DNA of 32,000 nucleotides from Kiritimatiella glycovorans (GTDB lineage Bacteria > Verrucomicrobiota > Kiritimatiellia > Kiritimatiellales > Kiritimatiellaceae): positions 1,530,001 through 1,562,000 of the forward strand of contig NZ_CP010904.1 of assembly GCF_001017655.1 (NCBI RefSeq). The letters run 5' to 3'. The notes under the pieces were generated by a model that was not told where the DNA came from, did not search any database, and saw only the letters and a program-made list of their open reading frames with translations. The translations under genes were made by a program, and so were the position numbers. The stretch's first letter is position 1, and the number at the start of each line of letters is the position of its first letter. Shown piece after piece: positions 24,613 to 32,000 of the stretch.

Positions 24613-27093
24613 TTATAGTCCCCGCGCCTTCGCGCGCCACGCCCCGGCGGGCATGGCGCGTTCGAGGAAAAACGCGTCTTCGGGCGGGATACGCAGCGTG
24701 CCGCGTACCGGCTCGCCGCTGTTGTGCGCCGGATCCTGCATTCCGTCGAGACGACGCAGCTTCAGTCCCGGCAGTACGGAGGCGAGATCGACCTCCACCG
24801 CCTCTTCGCGCGAGCCGTTAAGCACGACCACGCCGTTTTCGAATACGCGGTAGAGCACATCCGCGCAGCCCTTCCGCAACTCGATCCCCGCAAGTTCCAC
24901 CGTGCCGGGCGACTCCGAGAGATCGATCTGCAGCTCGCCCGCACCCGCAGCGGGGGCCTGCAGCGTGACGTCGACCCGGCGCTCCTCAGGAAACGCAAGG
25001 ATCTCCTGGCCGAATCCCGTTTTATGGTACCCATCCGGTTTGATTGAAGTTGGCGCGAGCATCCCGCCGGACTTCAGCCGCAGGATTACCGCGCGGGGGA
25101 TCGGACGGTACCGATCCGCGATCGCTCCATACGGACTCGATCCGCGCAGCCTGAACCGCAGCGCGTACTCGGCCATCGGCTCGAACCGCACGTTATCGAT
25201 CGGCAGCCGCGCAAAGAGGTGAAAGCGCTCCTCGTCTCCGGTAAACGGGCCCGTTTGCTCGACTTCGAAGCGCAGGGTACGCATCCCGGACCGCTCGGGC
25301 TCGCGCGCCGCCCAGCGCCTGTCCTCCGCCTCAATGCGCGGAAACGCGCTTTCGGCGTCGAATGCGTAGAGCACCGGACCGAGATGTCCGCGGTACCGCC
25401 GGGGCGGGGTCAGCGGCGCACCCAGCCAGCGGCGCACGTCCTCCACGCCCCGGTGAAACTCGTCGTAGTCCAGGGCCAGGTTCGCGCCGTAACGATCCTC
25501 TTCCGCCGCACGTCCGGGATAATCCAGCAGCTCCGCCGCGGAAGGAGCGCGGATGGCGTCCTTGTGCGCGAGGCCGGTCACCATACATGCGGAGGCCAGA
25601 TCCAGCCGCCAGTACGACAGCGCGTAGCTCGGCCGCCGCCGCTGCTCCTCTTCGAGCCGCTGGTCACCGCCCCCGTGCCACGCGTCGTCGGGATGCTTAT
25701 TGCTCACGAAGGTGATATTCGGTTTCTGCGCGAGCCGTCCCCACAGCAGCAGGCGGTCGAGATTCGAGCTGTAGCGGTGCTGCCCAATGCTCCAGCCCAT
25801 GCCGTGGATCATGGTGTGTTCGAACTCCCCGCCGTTGAGCAGATGGAAGAAGCGCTGGTCGTCGGTGTCCGTGGAGTCCCAGGTCAATTCCAGCGCATCG
25901 CCCATCCCGGCATAAACCCCGGGCACGCCCTCGCGCAGGTAATAAACGAAGTCATGCATACCCAGTCCCCACCAGCTCGCGCCGTCCAGGTACCCGCGAT
26001 CGACGCGACCGTCGTTATTGAAGTCCGCGCGCTCGATAATCTTCGGCGTAGAGAAGAACGTACTGCTGCAGACGTCCAGCGCATAGCCGTCACTGTGCGG
26101 AAAATACTTCGCCTTGCGTTCGATGAAATGGCACGCGAACCACTGGGCCGCGTTGAGTCCCGTATCGGGATCGACCGGAGCATAGGGCGAAAAATTGGGC
26201 TGCATGAAGGGGATCACAGGGTAGTGTAAGGGGTGATCCTCCGGGAGGTTTCTGCGCCCCCACGTGTCGATCCGGTCCCAGATACCCACGGCCGCCGCCA
26301 CGTAGGTCCCCGCATCCATGGGGGGGAAGGCGGCCTTTTCCGCGCGGTAGCGCCGCACCGCAATCGTGCCCGCCGCCGCATCGGTCGCGGTCACCTCGCC
26401 CAGCTCCGCGCGGCTCCAGTCCAGTTCGCCCGAATGATCGCGCGGGCACAGCACCACCGTGCGCGGAACATTTGGCGACCCGGTCAGCCGCTCGAGCGAC
26501 GCCGCCATGAAGTTCGGGGTGGCGCGGCGCGGTCGGAAGCGTTCCGTGTCGGGCACGGAGAGGGTCACGCGCGGACCGGGCGGCACGGGTTTTGTGGTGT
26601 CGATACCCGCCTCGTAGAGCCAGAAGCCGGGGAAGTCCGGCATCGGCACGAAATCCTCGCGCAGCACCTCCCCGTACCCGGCGCGCCGTTCGATCCACTT
26701 CCGCCGGACCGTCCCCCGCATCAGGCCGCGATCCGACATCCACTGCCGCGGGAGGTAGGCGTTGGCGCTGATGAAATCGCCGCCGACATGGATGAGGACG
26801 GGTTTGTCCGGGTAGCGCTGCGCGAACGACTCGACCGCGTACTCGCGCATCCAGACGTGGTGATCCGAGACAACCATATCGATCCGCTCCTCACAGGCCT
26901 CCAGCATCGCGGGAGTCTCCTGCCGGAACAGAACCTGGTGCGGATATCCGCTGCGGAGCTCGCCGTCGTCCGGAACGTCCTGCGCACATCCGGCGATCAA
27001 CAACCATGCGCCGGCACCGGCGAGCACACGCCATCCGGAAGGCCGAAGCCCGCGAAAACTGCGGGGCCACGTCCCGCTGCATATCGTATTCAT
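24613..27093 (-). CDS. large lipoprotein of unknown function (possibly glycoside-hydrolase-like)
   Basis: The start is chosen at MNTICSG... because it gives a lipobox signal (AWLLIAGC). The 100 codons further upstream in the 928-aa ORF lie in AT-rich promoter-like DNA. No catalytic family could be recognised by eye. Confidence 0.6.
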   Translation of the reverse strand: MNTICSGTWPRSFRGLRPSGWRVLAGAGAWLLIAGCAQDVPDDGELRSGYPHQVLFRQETPAMLEACEERIDMVVSDHHVWMREYAVESFAQRYPDKPVLIHVGGDFISANAYLPRQWMSDRGLMRGTVRRKWIERRAGYGEVLREDFVPMPDFPGFWLYEAGIDTTKPVPPGPRVTLSVPDTERFRPRRATPNFMAASLERLTGSPNVPRTVVLCPRDHSGELDWSRAELGEVTATDAAAGTIAVRRYRAEKAAFPPMDAGTYVAAAVGIWDRIDTWGRRNLPEDHPLHYPVIPFMQPNFSPYAPVDPDTGLNAAQWFACHFIERKAKYFPHSDGYALDVCSSTFFSTPKIIERADFNNDGRVDRGYLDGASWWGLGMHDFVYYLREGVPGVYAGMGDALELTWDSTDTDDQRFFHLLNGGEFEHTMIHGMGWSIGQHRYSSNLDRLLLWGRLAQKPNITFVSNKHPDDAWHGGGDQRLEEEQRRRPSYALSYWRLDLASACMVTGLAHKDAIRAPSAAELLDYPGRAAEEDRYGANLALDYDEFHRGVEDVRRWLGAPLTPPRRYRGHLGPVLYAFDAESAFPRIEAEDRRWAAREPERSGMRTLRFEVEQTGPFTGDEERFHLFARLPIDNVRFEPMAEYALRFRLRGSSPYGAIADRYRPIPRAVILRLKSGGMLAPTSIKPDGYHKTGFGQEILAFPEERRVDVTLQAPAAGAGELQIDLSESPGTVELAGIELRKGCADVLYRVFENGVVVLNGSREEAVEVDLASVLPGLKLRRLDGMQDPAHNSGEPVRGTLRIPPEDAFFLERAMPAGAWRAKARGL

Positions 27094-27361
27094 GAAAAAC
27101 CCTTCCCCTTTATCTGAATAATACGCGTATTGAATCCTTAACAGCGATTCGCAATATCCATACAAACAGCCACTTCTGAACATCTTAAAAAAAGATCGCG
27201 AATGGATCTCCCTTAAAAGATATTGACGTATGCGGCTGAATACCACCTTTATATAATACCGTGCAATATAAAGCAATTCGAAGGCTGGATCTCCAGCTAA
27301 AACTGGAACCACGCGCGAGGATGGCCCTGTGGAAGACCGCCCCGAACCCGGAGATGAGCCC

Positions 27362-28632
27362 ATGAACACGAGATCCCTGGACAGACGAACCTTTTTCAAA
27401 TGGACCGCCGCGGGAACGATCCTGCCCTCGACCCTGGCCCATTCCGCTTCGGCGGAGGCCGGGGAGAACGATGCGCGGCCCCTTCGGGTCCGCTTTTAGC
27501 GAGTCCGCCCGTGGTCCAGCATGTATCGGAGCACGGATTTTCCGTGAATATGCGCGTAGACCGGCTTTGCACCGGCGAGGTGGAATGGGGGACCGAGCCG
27601 GACGCCCTGGACCGCCGGGCCGTCGCGACGTGGGGCGGATTGATTCAGTGGGATGAACGCTGCCTGCAGATCCCGGTCGAGTTCGACCGGCCGCTGCGTC
27701 CGGGATCAACGATCTACTACCGTTTCGGGGCACAGGAGCTTTTCTATCCGGACCGGTTTCCCGACCGTCGCCGGGGCGTCAGCGGGTGGACGGATGTTCG
27801 AACCCTGCGCATTCCCGACCCCGACCGCCCTTCGGTCCGGGCCGTTGTCGTGAACGACACGCACGAACAGGGTCGCACCTTGAAGGCACTGGCCGGGCGG
27901 GTTCGCGAACTCTCGCCGGACCTCCTGATATGGAACGGCGACACCACCACGGATTTCCACTCCTATAAGGACGTGGCTGAAATCCTGCTCGGGCCGGGCC
28001 GCAGGCCCGGAACCGCACACGGCGGCGGATGGGCATCGGAGCGCCCGCTTCTGTTTGTGGTGGGGAACCATGAGTTCCGCGGTGTTCGTGCGGGGGATGT
28101 TCTATCGACATTATCCGCCGGTCCCGTTCCCGGACTGCCGTATAATTTTGTGTCCCGTGACGGCCCGCTGGCCCTGGTCGGTATGAACACGGGGGAAGAC
28201 CGCGCCGATTCCAGTTTCGCCGGGATGCAGGGTCTGGGGGCCTTCGACCGGGAGCGCGAACGGCAGGCCGACTGGCTGGCGGATGTCGCGGATACCCCGG
28301 AGGTCCGGGACGCCCCGTTCAAGATCCTGCTCTGTCATATCCCGCTCCGTCTGCGGGACACCGACCGGAAATGGCCGTCGTCGCGTCATGCCGCTTCACT
28401 CTGGATGCCGACCCTCGAGAAGGCCGGCTTCGATCTGCTGGTCAGCGGGCATACCCATGACTAGCGTTTCGACGACCCGACCGCGGCGGAACCGATCCTT
28501 CAGGTCGTGGGCGGGGGGCCTGAACTTGAACGAGCGACCGTAACCATCCTCGACGCGACCCGGGATAAGCTGTCCGTACGTCTGGAAGACCTCTACGGAG
28601 ACCGGCTGGATCATCGAACCCTTCGGGGATGA
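27362..28632 (+). pseudogene. Tat-exported calcineurin-like metallophosphoesterase (purple-acid-phosphatase-like), frameshift plus in-frame TAG
   Basis: A Tat signal MNTRSLDRRTFFKWTAAGTILPSTLAHSASA lies in frame 2 (27362..27499). The mature domain with motifs NDTHE, NGD, GNHE and GHTH lies in frame 1 (to 28464). After the TAG at 28462, the same frame continues with 55 plausible codons to the TGA at 28630..28632. Confidence 0.75.
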
Positions 28633-28672
28633 ATCCGGGCGTGCCGACATCAGAAAGTGCGGGAAACAGAAA

Positions 28673-30817
28673 GTGAAACACGGGATCGGGACGCTGGTAT
28701 TCGCATCGGTATTGATCGGGCTGCTCCGGGTCGTGCCGGCCGCCCGTTCCGCGATGTCCGCCTCCGCTCCCGCCGCCATTGAGGTCCGGCATGATACGCC
28801 AGATCACTTTCAGGCGACGTTTACGCCCGGCGTAAAACTCTTCTCCAACCGGCCGTATACCCTGAAGGAGTGCCCGCCCCGACTGGAGGGCAAGAGATTC
28901 ATCCGGAATCTCATCGGCTACAACCGTTTCACCGTAACCCGCTCCGGAACCCTTCTGATCCTGGCCCGATCCACACAGCACGAGGCCGTGGAGGGCCGTG
29001 GTTTCACCCCTGAAGACACCCCCCCTTTCCAGCTGTTCGGCACGAATCCGGATGACGCGGCGCGGGTCTACAGCCGGTATGTCCGCGAGGGCGAGACCTT
29101 CGAGTTCCGGGTATGGACCATAGTCCTCGGCTTCTCAGAGGCGGTCCGCCGGCCCGGACCGGACTGGAGATCCAACCGCGGCAAAAAGCTCTATAACGGG
29201 ATCCGGCTTCCGGAGACCTGGCCCCCGGTGCATATGCATCCGGTATCCACCGAACCGATGCCCGTGCCCTATCTGGATCACCCGCCTGAAGTGATCCGGA
29301 TTGATGTCGGGCGCCAGCTTTTTGTCGACGACTTCCTGATCGCGGAGACGGACTTGGCCCGGACTTTCCACTATCCCGAAAAATATGAAGGTAATCCCGT
29401 ACTGAAACCGGAAACCCCGCTGGAAAGGGGAACGGAACCCCCCGCCCTGGCCGCGCGGCTCCCCGAACTCGCCTCCCGCCCGCAGCCGCTGGCCGGACCC
29501 AAGAGCGGAGGGTTATGGTGGAATCCGGACAAACAGCTCTTTGAACTCTGGTACGAAGCGGGCTGGATCGGGACCATCTGTTACGCGGTCAGCCGGGACG
29601 GGCTCCACTGGGAGCGGCCCGAACTCGATATCCGCGCCGGCACCAATCAGGCCCTGCCGGAAGGACTCCACGTCGACTCCTGGACGGTCGTGCGCGATGC
29701 GTGGACCGCTGATCCGGCGGCCCGATATAAACTGTTCATCAGCACCGGTCCCCGTCCGGGCACCTGTTATATTTCACCGGACGGCATCCACTGGCGGGGG
29801 GGAACCCGGACCGGGAACATGGGCGATCGAAGCACGATGTTTTATAATCCATTCCGCCACAAATGGATCTTCAGCATCCGCTCCGGTTTCCGGGGACGAT
29901 CCCGGCACTACTGGGAAACGGATGACTTCCTGCACGGCGTGCAGTGGGACGACTTCAACCTGCGGGGTATAGGCTGGGAGGAGGGGCAACCGGTCATCTG
30001 GACCGCGGCGGACCGGCGGGATCCGCCCGACCCGGAACTTAAAAATACGCCGCAGCTCTACAACCTGGATGCCGTGGCGTATGAAAGCATCATGCTCGGA
30101 TTCTATGAGCTGCACCGCGGACCCCCGAACCGGCAGGCCGCCGAACAGGGCACCCCGAAGATCACGGAACTGAATTTCGCCTACAGCCGGGACGGATTCC
30201 ACTGGCACCGCCCGGACCGGAACATGGCCATTGCCGCCTCGCGCCGGGAGGGGACCTGGGATCGCGGATACGTGCAGTCGCTCGGCAACCTCTGCGTGGT
30301 TCAGGACGACCGGCTGTGGTTTTACTATCTGGGATTCGCGGGCGACCCGGAAAATACCAACGAACGCTCGATGCTCAGCGGGATGTACGCCAACGGCGCG
30401 ACCGGGGTCGCTTTTCTGCGCCGCGACGGATTCGCCTCAATGGATGCGGAGAAACAGGGATATCTCACCACCCGGCCCGTCACCTTTTCCGGCCAATACC
30501 TGTTCGTCAACGCCGCCGCTCCGCAGGGCGCGGTGCGGGCCGAGATACGCGACCTGAACGGCGAGCCCATTGAACCGTTCACGCTGTCCAACAGCCGTCC
30601 CTTTACCGGAGACAGCACCCTGGAACCGCTGACCTGGAGGGGAGGTTCCGATCTCTCCGCACTGGCCGGACAACCGGTTCGATTCCATTTTGAGCTGACG
30701 AAGGGTTCGCTCTATGCCTTCTGGGTCAGCAGAGACCGGAGCGGACGCAGCGACGGTTACGTCGCCGGCGGCGGCCCCGGCTTTACCGGTCCCGTGGATA
30801 CCGTTGGAAATAGATAA
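28673..30817 (+). CDS. secreted beta-propeller glycosidase-like protein (GH43/GH32/GH130-type fold suspected)
   Basis: It has a GTG start with a signal peptide (KHGIGTLVFASVLIGLL...ARSA). Blade-like motifs recur: SRDGLHWERP, SPDGIHWRG, SRDGFHWHRP. The family assignment is not verified. Confidence 0.55.
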   Translation: MKHGIGTLVFASVLIGLLRVVPAARSAMSASAPAAIEVRHDTPDHFQATFTPGVKLFSNRPYTLKECPPRLEGKRFIRNLIGYNRFTVTRSGTLLILARSTQHEAVEGRGFTPEDTPPFQLFGTNPDDAARVYSRYVREGETFEFRVWTIVLGFSEAVRRPGPDWRSNRGKKLYNGIRLPETWPPVHMHPVSTEPMPVPYLDHPPEVIRIDVGRQLFVDDFLIAETDLARTFHYPEKYEGNPVLKPETPLERGTEPPALAARLPELASRPQPLAGPKSGGLWWNPDKQLFELWYEAGWIGTICYAVSRDGLHWERPELDIRAGTNQALPEGLHVDSWTVVRDAWTADPAARYKLFISTGPRPGTCYISPDGIHWRGGTRTGNMGDRSTMFYNPFRHKWIFSIRSGFRGRSRHYWETDDFLHGVQWDDFNLRGIGWEEGQPVIWTAADRRDPPDPELKNTPQLYNLDAVAYESIMLGFYELHRGPPNRQAAEQGTPKITELNFAYSRDGFHWHRPDRNMAIAASRREGTWDRGYVQSLGNLCVVQDDRLWFYYLGFAGDPENTNERSMLSGMYANGATGVAFLRRDGFASMDAEKQGYLTTRPVTFSGQYLFVNAAAPQGAVRAEIRDLNGEPIEPFTLSNSRPFTGDSTLEPLTWRGGSDLSALAGQPVRFHFELTKGSLYAFWVSRDRSGRSDGYVAGGGPGFTGPVDTVGNR

Positions 30818-30820
30818 TTA

Positions 30821-30986
30821 ATGCCGAGCTGGAGCTCGGCGTTCCCAGGAGAGAAAAATGCCGAGCTGGAGCTCGGCGTTCCCAGGAGAGAAAAATGCCG
30901 AGCTGGAGCTCGGCGTTCCCAGGGGGAGAAATGCCGAGCTGGAGCTCGGCGTTCCCAGGAGAGAAAAATGCCGAGCTGGAGCTCGG
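30821..30986. repeat. 4.5 tandem copies of a 36-37-bp hairpin unit (stacked intrinsic-terminator-like elements)
   Basis: The unit is atgccgagctggagctcggcgttcccaggagagaaaa, starting at 30821, 30858, 30895, 30931 and 30968 (the last partial). On the minus strand each unit reads as hairpin GCCGAGC-UCCA-GCUCGGC followed by AUUUUUCUCUCC. Confidence 0.9.
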
Positions 30987-31000
30987 GCGATTGAAGGTCG

Positions 31001-32000
31001 CTATTCCTCGTACTGCACGGTTCCGGTCTCATCCACCGGATAGCCCTGACGCCGCACAAACGTCATGCCGTCGGCGAAATCATCCGCCGTCTCCCTGAGC
31101 CTGCGTTGAAGGAGGCGCTCCAGGCGGCGCTGCAACTGCGCCGTTTCCGGACGGTCGACCAGATTGTTCCGCTGGTACGGATCGGACTCGTTATCGAACA
31201 GAAGCCACGGCCCGTTCAGATCTTTCACATAGGTATGCCGGGCCGTACGGACGCCGCGCCACTCCCTCCCGCCGCGCCGGGCGGACCACTGCCCGAAGGG
31301 ATGGATGTTCACGATCAGCGCGGCATCGTCCGACGCAGGCGCCCCCTTGAGAACCGGAACAAAGCTGTCTCCCTCGACACTCGAGGGCACCGGCACGCCG
31401 CACAGCTCGCAGAGCGTCGGCATAATGTCGGGTGTGTTGAACGGCGCCTCCAGTTCCCGCCCGCCCTTTCCGACCCCCGGATACTTCAGCAGGAACGGGA
31501 CACAGACCGACTCGTCATACGGCCACTGCTTCTTCCAGAGTCCGTGCGATCCGAGCATATCCCCGTGATCGGCGGTAAATACAAAAATCGTATCCTCCTC
31601 GAGGCCCGCATCGCGGATCGCCTGCTGCAGACGGCCGATACAGGCATCCAGTGCGCTGCAGTGGGCATAATACCCGGCCATGATCCGCCTGACGCGGTCG
31701 CGCGGCTCCATCGCGGCGTGCTCGTCCCACTTCGCCGGCGGAATAAAGTCCTCCGCATGCTCCGGCACATTCGGCGGGATCGTCAGCTTTCCGGGATCAT
31801 ACATCGCCCGATACGCCTCAGGTGCGGTCAGGTACGGCGCATGCGGAGGACCCCAGGAGAGGAACAGCACGAACGGGGCGTCCCCGTGACTGCGGATGTA
31901 ATCCACCGCGTGGCGGGTCTGGTCGATGGCGTCGTAGCCCCGCCACCGCTTCGCTTCAGGGTTGTTGTTATCGTAATACAGCGAATCGTTGTAGCGGTGC
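31001..32000 (-). CDS. sulfatase (arylsulfatase family), N terminus outside the window
   Basis: Recognised motifs are FVLFLSWGPPHAPY and FTADHGDMLGSHGLWKKQWPYDESVCVPFL. The frame stays open to base 32000. The listed M at 31906 is an internal GTG (Val). Confidence 0.9.
   Translation of the reverse strand, partial: HRYNDSLYYDNNNPEAKRWRGYDAIDQTRHAVDYIRSHGDAPFVLFLSWGPPHAPYLTAPEAYRAMYDPGKLTIPPNVPEHAEDFIPPAKWDEHAAMEPRDRVRRIMAGYYAHCSALDACIGRLQQAIRDAGLEEDTIFVFTADHGDMLGSHGLWKKQWPYDESVCVPFLLKYPGVGKGGRELEAPFNTPDIMPTLCELCGVPVPSSVEGDSFVPVLKGAPASDDAALIVNIHPFGQWSARRGGREWRGVRTARHTYVKDLNGPWLLFDNESDPYQRNNLVDRPETAQLQRRLERLLQRRLRETADDFADGMTFVRRQGYPVDETGTVQYEE

Noticed and set aside
27094-27399. Upstream extension of the lipoprotein ORF to 27399 (928 aa).
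   Set aside because: The extension runs through AT-rich promoter-like DNA and has no signal peptide. The internal start at 27093 yields a canonical lipobox signal.
28462-28464. In-frame TAG as a recoded sense codon (pyrrolysine or stop-codon reassignment).
   Set aside because: TAG terminates other well-defined genes in the window (transposase at 4923, GxxExxY at 23989, sulfatase at 31001). No pyl genes are seen. A nonsense mutation is the simpler explanation.
30821-30986. Possible CRISPR array.
   Set aside because: The 37-bp units abut each other with no unique spacers, and there are no cas genes in the window. It is a plain tandem repeat.

Overview
High-G+C bacterial chromosomal window. 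The gene content is a class III anaerobic RNR, a PEP-CTERM protein, a GH95 fucosidase, a sulfatase and several exported or lipoprotein glycan-processing-like proteins. This suggests an anaerobic polysaccharide degrader of the PVC type (Kiritimatiellota, Verrucomicrobiota or Lentisphaerota). That is inference only.

Layout, left to right:
(1) 1-4306: partial hypothetical gene, then the operon nrdD, CxxC redoxin, nrdG on the minus strand.
(2) 4418-4677: nrdD promoter region with a candidate NrdR box and a nested tandem repeat.
(3) 4688-15347: two near-identical 2.7-kb IS66-family elements in direct orientation. Each encodes a DUF4338 (DruA-like) protein translationally coupled to the transposase. 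They bracket a visibly AT-richer 5.2-kb cargo. The cargo holds a PEP-CTERM protein, a split paralogue of it, an inserted secreted-protein gene and a GH95 fucosidase fusion.
(4) 15376-19154: a about 1253-aa double DUF3857/transglutaminase-like gene broken by a perfect 17-bp tandem duplication.
(5) hflC and hflK.
(6) A FAD-dependent oxidoreductase.
(7) A GxxExxY (PD-(D/E)XK) gene bounded by a perfect 29-bp inverted repeat.
(8) An 826-aa lipoprotein.
(9) A Tat-exported metallophosphoesterase carrying a frameshift and an in-frame TAG.
(10) A beta-propeller glycosidase-like protein.
(11) A tandem array of 37-bp hairpin units.
(12) A partial sulfatase.

The most interesting item is the IS66-type element whose accessory gene is a Druantia DruA-like DUF4338 protein, present as a composite-transposon-like pair. 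No classical multi-gene defence or biosynthetic system is visible. All homology calls come from motif recognition by eye; no searches were run.
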